Source: an uncultured Lentisphaerales bacterium (GTDB taxonomy: Bacteria > Verrucomicrobiota > Lentisphaeria > JABSQK01 > CAJWLW01). Taken from it: DNA of 64,000 nucleotides. The position numbers were made by a program, and so were the translations under genes. The stretch spans positions 11,221-75,220 of the forward strand of contig CAYWQM010000007.1 of the NCBI GenBank assembly GCA_964460215.1. Reading direction: 5' to 3'. Below the pieces are notes generated by a model. That model ran no database searches. It was not told the DNA's origin and saw nothing but the letters and a program-made list of their open reading frames with translations. Shown here in pieces: positions 1 to 10,400 of this stretch (the first letter of the stretch is position 1; each line of letters opens with the position of its first letter).

Positions 1-327
1 CATCAGCTCGGCGGTCACCAGTTTGCGTTCGATGACCCGTGCATCGTGTACGATGATCCCGTCGAGCCGGATGCCGCGTACAACACCGGCACGCATCCGC
101 TCGATTTCGACATGAACTCCCTTGGCAACGAACCCGCGCTCGAAACGATCGACAAACGCCCGGGGCAGCCCGCGCCATTCGCACCAGACATCGACCATGA
201 TGACGATGGCGAGGAATGCCATGATGAACCGGAAGCAGAAACGGCTGAACTTGCGCTTGCGGCCGATGGGCGGGCCGTCTACGTCACTTTGAAGTGGATT
301 GTTACTCACGTGTTTACAATGAGTTAA
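1..327 (+). CDS. Hypothetical protein, C-terminal fragment. The gene begins upstream of the window.
   Basis: The frame is open from nt 1 to the stop at 325-327 and has strongly G/C-biased third codon positions. The first in-frame Met is at 46. I recognise no motif; it is not peptide deformylase. The opposite-strand frame has weaker codon bias. Confidence 0.3.
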   Translation, partial: HQLGGHQFAFDDPCIVYDDPVEPDAAYNTGTHPLDFDMNSLGNEPALETIDKRPGQPAPFAPDIDHDDDGEECHDEPEAETAELALAADGRAVYVTLKWIVTHVFTMS

Positions 328-478
328 GGGATCCGAAGCGATCTCTTCAAGAATCGTGGTCGTCGTTACCTGCTAACCTACAGCAATTTCAGCCGAAATC
401 AGATAAATCAATGTAATCATTTCTATTCAAGCCGGTTACATTGAATCGATGATAAAGTTCGCCGATCTTGTACCAGCG

Positions 479-524
479 CATTACAATCGGCGGATGAACG
501 GTTAGGTTATACCGATTGTAATGT
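479..524. repeat. Perfect 12-bp inverted repeat with a 22-bp spacer, inside an AT-rich island.
   Basis: cattacaatcgg at 479-490 and its reverse complement ccgattgtaatg at 513-524. It sits among about six copies of TTACAAT/ATTGTAA between 311 and 539. Confidence 0.6.
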
Positions 525-657
525 AATTCCAATTGTATGTCTGCCCGCCTCTCGCCAATTCCGGCGCTCGGCTATCGCAGCACCCCACACGGAGGACATC
601 AAAGCGGAGAACAGGAAACCGATAAATCTTTTTTTTCTGGGGTCTGGGGCAATTGCC

Positions 658-1563
658 GTGCCCACCCTTGCGGCTTTGCACGACGCACCCGACATTGACG
701 TGATCGGCTGTACCACACAGCCGGATCGCCCGGTTGGTCGCAAACGACAGTTGGCACCGACACCCGTCGGAGCGTGGTGTGCCGAGCATGGATTGGATAC
801 CTTGAAACCCGATTCTGTGAACAAGCCCGAATTTTTGGATGGTTTGAGAGGGCTTTTGATCGATTTTATTTTGGTTTTCTCGTTCGGTCAGATTCTAAAA
901 AATGATCTGCTTAATCTGCCGAGACATGAATGTTTGAATATTCATGCCTCGCTGTTACCCAGGTATCGTGGCGCGTCGCCCATTCAGGGGGTCATCCTCG
1001 GGAACGAGGAAAAAACCGGTATCTCGTTCATGCGTGTCGTGGCGGCTCTTGATGCCGGCCCAGTGTTCGACCGCCGTGAACTGGCACTAACCGGAACGGA
1101 AACGGCCGCCAGCTTGGAGGAACAGTTAGCGCAACTTGCAGCCGAATCCGTGTGCGACGTAATTTACCGCATCGACGATGGCTTGCTCAGCGCGGTTCCC
1201 CAATGCGATGCCGAGGCAACCTACGCCGGTAAAATCAGCAAGAGTGACGGGCAGATCGACTGGCAACGACCGGCCGAGGAAATCGACAGACATATCCGTG
1301 CCTTCAATCCATGGCCTGGCGCTTGGTTCATTCTTGGCGCCGGCCGCAAAGCAAAACGTATCAGTATCACGCAGGGCGAAGTTACGCCCGGTAATACTGC
1401 CGCCCCCGGAACTGTCGTTCAGGCAGACAAACATGGCTGGCGCGTACAATGTGGTCGCGACCAGGTGCAAATTCTCAAGCTTATCCCAGCAGGGAAGCCG
1501 GAAATGCCCGGCCCCGAATTCTTGCGTGGGTGCCAGCTTCAACCCGGTCTGGACCGCTTATGA
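658..1563 (+). CDS. fmt: Methionyl-tRNA formyltransferase. The true start is probably upstream of the GTG at 658, near 598-631.
   Basis: It carries the HASLLPRYRGASPIQ signature and the Fmt C-terminal domain. The conserved N-terminal motif FFLGSGAIAVPTL is encoded in frame at 631-669, upstream of the first ATG/GTG/TTG. The frame is open back to the stop at 442-444. Confidence 0.9.
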   Translation: MPTLAALHDAPDIDVIGCTTQPDRPVGRKRQLAPTPVGAWCAEHGLDTLKPDSVNKPEFLDGLRGLLIDFILVFSFGQILKNDLLNLPRHECLNIHASLLPRYRGASPIQGVILGNEEKTGISFMRVVAALDAGPVFDRRELALTGTETAASLEEQLAQLAAESVCDVIYRIDDGLLSAVPQCDAEATYAGKISKSDGQIDWQRPAEEIDRHIRAFNPWPGAWFILGAGRKAKRISITQGEVTPGNTAAPGTVVQADKHGWRVQCGRDQVQILKLIPAGKPEMPGPEFLRGCQLQPGLDRL

Positions 1564-1632
1564 GCCGAGATATTCAGTGGGCAACTACCGTATCCCGCTT
1601 TCGGCGCAGAGACTGGAGAGCCATTGTGAAAC

Positions 1633-3792
1633 ATGAAACAGATTGTAATCAACTGCGAACAACTGCAGACGCGTATCGCTGTGTCTGTGGAGGGACGCCT
1701 CAACGAATATCAGGTCGAGCACAGGGGTGAAGAGCGGATCGTCGGCTCCATTTACAAGGGCCGAATTCGCAACCTCGAAGCCTCACTCCAGGCTGCATTC
1801 GTTGATATCGGCATGGAAAAAAATGCTTTCCTTCATTACTGGGACATGGTCCCGGCAACCAAGGAAATGCTCGAGATGGACGGCTCTGACGACGACGACA
1901 GTGCCAGCGACGATAGTACCGACGACAGCAATGAAGATATTGCTGATGACGCCCAAGGAGACGATCAGGCACCCGACAACAGCCCGAATCGCAGCAACCG
2001 GTCGCGATCTCGTAATCGCAACCGCAGGCGCGAGGACAGCGACCAAAGCAGCAACCGACAGGAAAAAGGCCAAAACCGTGGGCGCTCCGACGCTGATCGC
2101 GGCAATCGCGACGGCCGACGACCGCGGTCCGAGGGTGGCCGCCAATCCGGCGGCGAACACTCTCGCAACCGCTCACGCAATGATCGGCAACGCGGCGGCC
2201 GGGACGACAGACGCAGCAGTGAGCAACGGAACAATCGCTCGTCGAACCTGCGCAACCGCAAGGGTCGCGGCAGCGACGGGCAGCCGGCCAAACCCGCCGG
2301 ACTGCTCGGACGCATCAAGTCCCTTTTCTCCAGCAGTCCGGACAGCTCAGCACCGCCGGGAAAAAAGCAGCGCAGAGCGCCGCAGCAGTCCGCCGAAGAA
2401 AGCGGACCGTCACGGAACCGGCGACGACGGCGTGGCCGTCGCGGCGGCGGCGAGAGGCAAAGCCCCGCAGGAGAGAGCCGTCAGACGTCGCGTCCAGACC
2501 GGCACCCCAGGCAACAACGACGACGATCCGGTGATCGTGAAGGTGATCGCGCTACACGTGACGCCGAAATCGCCGAAATACCGAACAAGTTCAAGGTCGG
2601 TTCGGAAGTCATCGTTCAGGTCACCAAAGGTATGATCGGCACCAAAGGCCCGCGCGTCACCACCAACCTCAGTCTGGCCGGCCGTTATGTCGTCATCCTG
2701 CCAAATTCCTCCCATCGCGGCGTCTCGCGAAAAATTGAAGATCGCAAGGAACGCTCGCGCCTGCGCAGTGTTCTGATGGGTATGGACCTGCCAAAGAACG
2801 TCGGCATCATCTGCCGCACGGCCGCCGCCGGGCTCGACGAAGAAGCCCTGCGTGTGGATATCCAGATTGTCCTGGATAAATGGCAGACCGCCAATGAATT
2901 GCGTGAACGCAGCGCACCCATCTGCATCTATCAGGAACCCGGCTTGCTCGAACGCGCTATTCGCGACCTGCTCAGCGACGATGTCGATGAGATTATTGTC
3001 GATGACCAGACCGCGCACGACCAGACGGTCTCCTTCCTCGACCGCCTGCAGCACAAGGACCGAACCCAGGTCAAGCTGTACGATCGACCAACCCCGATCT
3101 TTGAGCACTACAAGTTGACGCCTCAAATCGGCGGCATCTTTCAGCGCAAAGTGCCACTGCCCAGCGGTGCCGAACTCTGCATCGATGAAACCGAGGCGCT
3201 CATCGCCATCGATATCAACTCGGGCCGGAGCAACAAGGGCAAGGACCATCCGGAAACCATCCTCAACACCAATCTTGAGGCAGCCCGTGAAATCGCCCGG
3301 CAACTGCGACTGCGCAATATTGGCGGCCTGGTCGTCGTCGACTTTATCGACATGCGATCACGCGAAGATCGCAACGCCGTTTATAAAGTCATGAAAGACT
3401 GTGTCGAATCCGACCGCGCCCGTACCCGGCTGTTGCCAATCTCGCGGCTTGGTCTGCTCGAAATGACCCGACAGCGGGAATATGCCAGCCTGCAGGACTC
3501 GACGTTCGAGGCCTGCCACTACTGCTCCGGGAAGGGCCTGGTGAAGTCTTCGCACACGATCAGTGCCGAGCTCCAGCGCCGTCTGCGTGAGCTGCTGCAG
3601 CGCGACAAGGGCACGCCACACATTCGCGTCACCGTGAGCCCGATCGTCCTCGACCGCCTGCGGAATCACGACTCGCGCATTCTGCATGAGATGGAGAAGC
3701 AGTTCGGCGGCAACCTGACGTTCCGCGCCGATCCCAGCATGCATCAGGAAGAATTCCAACTGACCAATGTCGATACCGGTAAACGCGTCTAA
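1633..3792 (+). CDS. Ribonuclease E/G family endoribonuclease with a roughly 240-aa low-complexity insertion.
   Basis: The S1 domain and RNase E/G catalytic core are present: GSIYKGRI, the DNase I-like and RNase H-like segments, LIAIDINSG and VVVDFIDM. Residues about 80-318 are rich in D, S, R and N and look disordered. Confidence 0.9.
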   Translation: MKQIVINCEQLQTRIAVSVEGRLNEYQVEHRGEERIVGSIYKGRIRNLEASLQAAFVDIGMEKNAFLHYWDMVPATKEMLEMDGSDDDDSASDDSTDDSNEDIADDAQGDDQAPDNSPNRSNRSRSRNRNRRREDSDQSSNRQEKGQNRGRSDADRGNRDGRRPRSEGGRQSGGEHSRNRSRNDRQRGGRDDRRSSEQRNNRSSNLRNRKGRGSDGQPAKPAGLLGRIKSLFSSSPDSSAPPGKKQRRAPQQSAEESGPSRNRRRRRGRRGGGERQSPAGESRQTSRPDRHPRQQRRRSGDREGDRATRDAEIAEIPNKFKVGSEVIVQVTKGMIGTKGPRVTTNLSLAGRYVVILPNSSHRGVSRKIEDRKERSRLRSVLMGMDLPKNVGIICRTAAAGLDEEALRVDIQIVLDKWQTANELRERSAPICIYQEPGLLERAIRDLLSDDVDEIIVDDQTAHDQTVSFLDRLQHKDRTQVKLYDRPTPIFEHYKLTPQIGGIFQRKVPLPSGAELCIDETEALIAIDINSGRSNKGKDHPETILNTNLEAAREIARQLRLRNIGGLVVVDFIDMRSREDRNAVYKVMKDCVESDRARTRLLPISRLGLLEMTRQREYASLQDSTFEACHYCSGKGLVKSSHTISAELQRRLRELLQRDKGTPHIRVTVSPIVLDRLRNHDSRILHEMEKQFGGNLTFRADPSMHQEEFQLTNVDTGKRV

Positions 3793-3823
3793 ACAATAAC
3801 CACCCAAACAACGCGAGAGCTAC

Positions 3824-4753
3824 ATGAAATACGATGCCAACGGTGCCCTGCTTGAAACTTCCATCGACGGACTCCCAGAGCCCATCCGAGGAAAAGTCCG
3901 CGACATTTACGTGTTCGATGACAGCCTGATGCTGGTGGCGAGCGATCGCCTCAGTGCATTTGATGTCGTCATGCCCAACGGCATTCCCGACAAAGGCAAA
4001 GTCCTGACTTATTTGTCGAAATTCTGGTGCGAAAAATTCGACTGGATCGAGAACCATCTGATCAGCATGGACGTCTCCGATTATCCGGCGGTGACGCACC
4101 CGTACGCTCAGGACCTCGAGGGCCGGTCAATGCTGGTCCGGAAGCTCGACGCAATGCCTGTCGAAGCCGTCGCCCGCGGCTACCTGATCGGCAGCGGCTG
4201 GAAAGACTACCAGCGCACCGGCAGCGTCTGCGGCATCAGCCTCCCTCCCGGCCAAAGCCTGGCCGGCAAGCTCGACGATCCGCTGTACACACCGGCTTAC
4301 AAAGCCCCGCAAGGTGAGCATGATGAAAACATCACCTACGCCCAGACCATCGACCTGATCGGTGCCGAAGCCGCCGCCACCTTGCGCGACTTGACCCTCA
4401 GGCTTTACAGTGAGGCCGCCGCTTTTGCTCACACCAAAGGCATCATCATCGCCGATACCAAGTTTGAATTCGGCCTCGCCGGAGAAGAAATTGTCTTGAT
4501 CGACGAAGTGTTGACGCCGGATTCCAGCCGCTTCTGGCCGATCGAAGAATACGAAGTAGGCACGAGCCCGCCGAGCTTCGATAAACAGTTTGTGCGTGAC
4601 TGGCTCGAGACTCAGGAATGGGGCAAAACCCCGCCGGCACCCAACCTGCCGGACGCAGTCGTCGAAAAAACCCGTGAAAAATATCTCGCGGCCTACGAAG
4701 CACTGACCGGCTTACCACTGCCGGCGAGCTCCGAGTTGCTCGAAACACAGTGA
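3824..4753 (+). CDS. purC: Phosphoribosylaminoimidazole-succinocarboxamide synthase (SAICAR synthetase), long form.
   Basis: Motifs GKVRDIY and ASDRLSAFD, with the overall PurC layout. It is about 309 aa, like the long (eukaryote-type) form. Confidence 0.9.
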   Translation: MKYDANGALLETSIDGLPEPIRGKVRDIYVFDDSLMLVASDRLSAFDVVMPNGIPDKGKVLTYLSKFWCEKFDWIENHLISMDVSDYPAVTHPYAQDLEGRSMLVRKLDAMPVEAVARGYLIGSGWKDYQRTGSVCGISLPPGQSLAGKLDDPLYTPAYKAPQGEHDENITYAQTIDLIGAEAAATLRDLTLRLYSEAAAFAHTKGIIIADTKFEFGLAGEEIVLIDEVLTPDSSRFWPIEEYEVGTSPPSFDKQFVRDWLETQEWGKTPPAPNLPDAVVEKTREKYLAAYEALTGLPLPASSELLETQ

Positions 4754-4768
4754 CTTGTCACGGTAGAG

Positions 4769-5788
4769 ATGCGTAAAATCGAACATTTACCAAAGGACCG
4801 GAGTCTCAGACCCATGGCAACACCTGTACCTCGCTTTCCTGCTGCCCTGTCGCTGCTCCTCGGTTGCCTCATTGCTGTCACCGCCGTCGGCGGGCCAAGC
4901 GACTGGAAGCCGGAAGCCTCCTGGGGGCCCTATCGCGAACGCGGGACAGGCAAGCTTATCAAGAAAGCCGAGCTCGCAGAGAAGAAAGGAAAATACAAAA
5001 GAGCGCTCGGTCTCTATCGAAAAGTCCAGAAAGAATCGGTCAACCTCAAAAACAAGGGCAAAGCCCTCGTCAAACAGGGTGACTGCCTTGGGCAAATGGA
5101 GGAACCATGGAAGGCTTTCGAAAAATATCGTGAGGCTGTTGACGAATATCGCAGCCACATCGCCTTCAACAAGGTGCTCGACGCCGAGTTCGAGCTTTCG
5201 AAACAGTTCGGTCACAAGAAGCAGCGCGACCGTTTCCTCTTCGTAACCTTTTCAACCGAAGACAAAGCCGTCGACATACTGGACCACATCGTGACCGTCG
5301 GGCCGTACTCCAAAGTAGCGCCGAAAGCGATGCACCGGGTGGGTATGATCCGCATCGCTCAAGAGGATTACGAGTCCGCCATCATACGGTTTCGCCGCCT
5401 GTTGAAACAGTATCCCCGTCACGCCATCGCTGCCGACGGCCGCCTTGACCTGGCCCGCGCGCTGCTGCTCGAAGCCGAGGCCGGCGACGGCGACGGCACG
5501 CTGGTCCGCGAAGCTCGCGCCAGCCTCGACCGGTTCATTGAGAGTTACCCTGATCACGCCCGTTTCGATGAAGCAAAAGAACTCGTGCTGAACGCCAAAA
5601 CCATGGAAGCCACACGCCTGCTGGATCTGGCACAATTCTACCTGCGCGAGGCGCACTTCCGCCCCGACGCAGCCAAACAGTATCTCAGCGAGATCGTCAT
5701 CCACTACCCCGGATCTGATACCGCCAGGATGGCCCAGATCATACTCAAGGCACTGGGACATCCCCAGGCTGATCTGGAGAAAAAATGA
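4769..5788 (+). CDS. TPR-repeat lipoprotein, BamD/YbgF-like outer-membrane assembly factor. The start may be the Met at 4814.
   Basis: It has an N-terminal signal peptide with a lipobox-like LLLGC and a helical TPR-like repeat architecture. It lies next to an LptE-like lipoprotein gene. Confidence 0.45.
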   Translation: MRKIEHLPKDRSLRPMATPVPRFPAALSLLLGCLIAVTAVGGPSDWKPEASWGPYRERGTGKLIKKAELAEKKGKYKRALGLYRKVQKESVNLKNKGKALVKQGDCLGQMEEPWKAFEKYREAVDEYRSHIAFNKVLDAEFELSKQFGHKKQRDRFLFVTFSTEDKAVDILDHIVTVGPYSKVAPKAMHRVGMIRIAQEDYESAIIRFRRLLKQYPRHAIAADGRLDLARALLLEAEAGDGDGTLVREARASLDRFIESYPDHARFDEAKELVLNAKTMEATRLLDLAQFYLREAHFRPDAAKQYLSEIVIHYPGSDTARMAQIILKALGHPQADLEKK

Positions 5789-6309
5789 TGCGATCGAGCA
5801 CTGTCACCCTGCTCGCACTCGCCCTGCTCTGCGGCTGCGCGCATTACCAGGTCGGCTCCTCCGGCGACCCGGCGCTCAACACCATCCGGATCGGACGCAT
5901 CCACAACGCCACCGATGAACCCGGACTCAACGCCTGGTTCCGCGGTGAATTCGCCGCAGGCTTCATGCGCGACGGCTCCATGAGCGTCGTTAACGACAGC
6001 GCTGCAGACTGCATTCTCAACGCCACGATCACGGACTACAAACTGCACCAAATCGGCCAGGTAGAAACCGCATCGAATGACCGCGATCAGCGCCTGGCCC
6101 GTACCGTCATCTGGGCCGTCGATGTGCAGATCGAGTACACCATCGAGCGGGCCGACGGCTCGATCTATATCGAGGACACAACGGCCAAAGGCCGCGCCGA
6201 GTTTTCCGAGATTATCGACCTCGACGTCGTCCGGAAAGACGGCCTGCGCCAGGCAGTCTATGACGCCGCCGGCCAGGTCGTCGCCAATACCACCGCCCCC
6301 CCCTGGTAG
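5785..6309 (+). CDS. Small lipoprotein, LptE-like (LPS-assembly lipoprotein).
   Basis: The signal peptide ends in LLCGCAHYQV, which resembles a lipobox followed by the GC-x-HLR pattern of LptE. Its size of about 170 aa fits. There is a 4-nt overlap with the upstream gene. Confidence 0.4.
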   Translation: MMRSSTVTLLALALLCGCAHYQVGSSGDPALNTIRIGRIHNATDEPGLNAWFRGEFAAGFMRDGSMSVVNDSAADCILNATITDYKLHQIGQVETASNDRDQRLARTVIWAVDVQIEYTIERADGSIYIEDTTAKGRAEFSEIIDLDVVRKDGLRQAVYDAAGQVVANTTAPPW

Positions 6310-6364
6310 ACCACCGCAGGTTATTGCAAGCTACAGGGCCGATTACTGACGTTCAGCCCGTACG

Positions 6365-7402
6365 GTGTTATCCTTCTGCATGGACACGCAACGCATAGAT
6401 ACGATTGTCGAAACGCACAACCTCCCGACCTACCGTCGGCAACAGTTGCTGCACGCCTTTTTCACGGAGAACTGCGCCACCATCGACGAAGTCACCACGC
6501 TGTCAAAATCACTGCGTGCCTCGATCAACCTGCCGACAATGACCGTCCGCAAGCGTCGGGTGCTGGTCTCCAATGAGGGCAATGCCTTCAAGGCACTGGT
6601 CGAGCTCGACGACGGCAAACTGATCGAGACCGTGCTGCTCAAGCCCAAGCCCGGCCTGTGGTCGTGCTGCATCAGCAGCCAGGTCGGGTGTCTTATGAAG
6701 TGCTCCTTCTGTGCCACCGGCCTGCTCGGCTTCACCCGCCACCTTACCAGTGAGGAAATCACCGATCAGGTTCTGTTCTGGCGCCAGTATATCCAGGCTG
6801 AAAGACTCGACGCAAATCTGCGTAATGTCGTGTACATGGGTATGGGCGAGCCGTTCCACAACAAGGACGCAGTCTTTGCCAGCCTGCGAGAGCTGACCAA
6901 TCCCGAGACCTTCAACATCGGCGCACGCAACATCTCCGTATCCACCTCCGGCCTGGTGCCCGCTATCGAAGAGTTCACCGACCAGTTTCCACAGATTAAT
7001 CTCGCCGTCTCTCTACATGCCGCCACCGACGAACTGCGCCAGCACCTGATGCCGGTCAACAAACCGTATCCGCTCGAGAAGCTGCGGGCGGCCATAGATT
7101 ACTATGTCGACAACACGAACCGTAAAGTCTTCATCGAATACATCATGCTCGACGGTGAGAATGACCAACCCGCCCACGCCGAGAAGCTCGTGCACTACAT
7201 CCGTGGCATGGCCAGGCCACACCTCGCCCACGTCAATTTGATCGTCTACAACCCGACCGACGCAGCTCATCGGGAATCGCCCCGGACAATCGCCCGCGCC
7301 TTCCTGGCCATCCTCAAAGACAACGGCCTCAGCGCCACCATCCGCAAGAATCTCGGCCGTGATATCGACGGCGCCTGCGGCCAGTTGGCCTTGAAGGAAT
7401 AG
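6365..7402 (+). CDS. rlmN: 23S rRNA (adenine2503-C2)/tRNA methyltransferase RlmN, a radical SAM enzyme.
   Basis: The radical SAM cluster motif QVGCLMKCSFCATG is present, along with the conserved RlmN/Cfr framework including the VSTSG segment. Confidence 0.9.
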   Translation: MLSFCMDTQRIDTIVETHNLPTYRRQQLLHAFFTENCATIDEVTTLSKSLRASINLPTMTVRKRRVLVSNEGNAFKALVELDDGKLIETVLLKPKPGLWSCCISSQVGCLMKCSFCATGLLGFTRHLTSEEITDQVLFWRQYIQAERLDANLRNVVYMGMGEPFHNKDAVFASLRELTNPETFNIGARNISVSTSGLVPAIEEFTDQFPQINLAVSLHAATDELRQHLMPVNKPYPLEKLRAAIDYYVDNTNRKVFIEYIMLDGENDQPAHAEKLVHYIRGMARPHLAHVNLIVYNPTDAAHRESPRTIARAFLAILKDNGLSATIRKNLGRDIDGACGQLALKE

Positions 7403-7457
7403 GCCTGAAAACAAGCTGCCAGGTCAGTGAACCTCGCCGCGATCAACCACTGTCATC

Positions 7458-10400
7458 ATGCCCCCGAAACACATCCTCGTCGAAGGCGCCCGCCAGAACA
7501 ACCTGAAAAACCTCAACCTGCGCCTGCCGCTGAACGAACTGACCGTCGTCACGGGCGTCAGCGGTTCCGGCAAATCGTCGCTCGCTTTCGACACGATTTA
7601 CTCGGAAGGACAGCGCCGTTATGTCGAGACCTTCTCGCCGTATGCCCGGCAGTTCCTCGAGCGCATGGACAAGCCGCAGGTCGATCGTGTCGAGGGCATT
7701 CCGCCGGCGATCGCCATCGACCAGACCAATCCTGTGCGCACGTCGCGATCGACTGTCGGCACGATGACGGAGCTCAACGATCACCTAAAGCTCCTGTTCT
7801 CCCGTGCCGCCAAACTCTATTGCAGTTCCTGCGGCGCCGGGGTCCGGCGCGATACACCGGAAGGAATCTCCGGCGCCATCGTCGACATTGCCGACGGCAA
7901 CAAAGACATAGTCTATAGCGTCATCACCTTTCCGGTCACAGTTCCCGACAATTTCACCGAGGCAGAGATCCTCGAGATTCTCGAGCGCCAAGGCTATACA
8001 CGGGTCTGGAAGAAAAAGGGCAGCCGCCTCGATGTTGTGCAGGATCGGATCAAGCTGGGCAAGAAAAGTCGCAGTCGTGTCGTCGAAGCTGTCGAGACAG
8101 CACTCGCACGCGGTCAGGGGCATGCGACCGCCTGGCTGCTGTCGGAGACCCGCAAGGCAATCGAGACCAGGCGCTTCTCCGCCGACCTGCACTGCGCCGA
8201 ATGTGACATCCATTACCGGGATGCCACGCCAAATTGCTTCTCCTTCAATTCCCCGGCCGGCGCCTGCGAAACCTGCCGCGGCTTCGGTCGCGTCATTGGT
8301 GTCGACTTCAACCTGGTCATATCCGATGAATCCCGGACGCTGGCAGGGGGCGCCGTCAAGGTGTTTCAGTCCAAAAGCTACATGCAATGCCAGGACGACC
8401 TGTTGCGGTTTGCCGAGATGTACGGCATTTCCGTTGACACGCCTTGGCGTGAACTTTCCGATGCGGATCGTCAGTGGGTTCTCGAGGGTGAAGGCAGCGC
8501 CAGCGACGGCGTGAGGTACGGCGTTCGCAGCTTCTTCGCCTGGCTCGAAACCAAGGCCTACAAGATGCACATCCGCGTGCTGCTGTCGCGCTACCGCGCC
8601 TACCACAAATGCAACGACTGCAAGGGCGCCCGGATCACGCCCGAGCCCCTGCTCTGGCGCCTCGGCGACGATGTGATCCGTGGTGAGTTGCCGGGCCTCA
8701 ATGTCCATGAACTGATGCTGTTGCCAATCGAACGCTGCAACCGTTACTTCGAAGATTTCGATCTGGGCAAGTCCCACGACGAAGCGACCACGATGCTACT
8801 GGACGAAATCCGCGTACGCCTACGCTACCTGGTCGATGTCGGTCTCGGCTACCTCACGCTTGACCGCCAGTCGCGCACGCTGAGCGGTGGGGAAGTTCAG
8901 CGTATCAACCTGACCACCGCACTAGGCACCTCCTTGGTCAACGCATTGTTTGTGCTCGACGAACCCAGCATCGGCTTGCACCCGCGCGATGTCCAGCGTC
9001 TGATTCGCGTGCTCCACCGGCTACGCGATGCCGGCAATACACTACTGGTTGTCGAGCACGATGCCGACGTCATCCGCGCCGCCGATCGTGTCCTCGACAT
9101 GGGCCCCGGGCCCGGTGAGCACGGGGGAGACATTGTCTTTTTCGGCACCCGCAACGATCTGCTTGCCAGCAATGATTCGCTGACCGCCGGCTACCTGCGC
9201 CATGAACGTAAAGTTTCGGATCCAGCCACGAACGAGATACGACGAGACGACAAAAAAACACCCTGCATAGAGATTCTCGGTGCGGCCGAGCATAACCTCA
9301 AGAACATCGACGTCGCGCTGCCGCTCAATCGACTGGTCTGTATTACCGGTGTGAGCGGTTCCGGTAAATCGACACTGCTGCAAGACGTCTGCTACAACGC
9401 ACTGCGCAAGATCAAGGGCAAACCCGTCGACACGCCCGGTGCCTATCAGGAGATCATCGGACATGAACTGATCGACGACGTCGTTCTCGTCGACCAGTCG
9501 CCGATCGGCAAAACCGCACGATCAAATCCGGCCAGTTACGTCGGAGCCCTCGACGCCATTCGCAAACTCTTCGCACTCACACCACTGGCCCGTGAACGCA
9601 AGTACACGCCGGGTGCCTTCAGTTTCAATTCCGGCACCGGCCGTTGTCCGACGTGCAGCGGCAACGGCTTCGAACATATCGAAATGCAGTTCCTGAGCGA
9701 CGTTTACTTACGTTGCGTGGATTGTGATGGAAAACGCTATCGCGACGAGATCCTCGAGGTCATGCTGACCGGCACAAACGGACAGGTTGCGGGCAAGTCG
9801 ATCAGCGACGTTCTCGGCATGACCGTCTCCGAGGCATGCGACTATTTCGCCGGCCATCCCAACGTCCTGCGAGGGCTCTCACCACTTAACGCCGTCGGCC
9901 TCGGTTATGTCAAACTCGGCCAGCCCGTGCCGACGCTCAGCGGTGGTGAGGCGCAGCGGCTCAAACTGGCGGGTCACTTGGCAGAGACAACGGGGCGAAA
10001 AAAACGAACGCGAGGCAATCTGCTGCTGTTCGACGCGCCGACGCCCGGCCTCCATTTCGACGATGTCGCGACGTTGCTCACGGCTCTGCGCACGCTTCTG
10101 GATAACGGCCATTCCGTCGTGCTCATCGAGCATCATCTCGACGTCATTCAGGCAGCAGACTGGGTCATCGATCTTGGGCCCGAAGGTGGTGGCGGCGGTG
10201 GTGAACTCATCTGCGCCGGTCCACCGAAAGAAGTTGCTGCCTGTGATCGCAGCCACACGGGCAAAGCCCTTCTGCAGGCGTACTACGATAGTAAACCGAC
10301 CGGCCATTTGCCGCTGGGCGAAGCGCCGGTGCCGTATGTCGTGAAGAAAAATGACCACATCTGCATCAACAACGCCCGCGAACACAACCTCAAGAACATC

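Noticed and set aside
1700-3303. Several 100-300 aa ORFs on both strands overlapping the RNase E/G gene, for example 1727-2635 (+) and 2410-3303 (-).
   Set aside because: They are produced by the low-complexity Arg/Ser/Asp-encoding repeat. They have no homology and conflict with the conserved RNase E/G frame.
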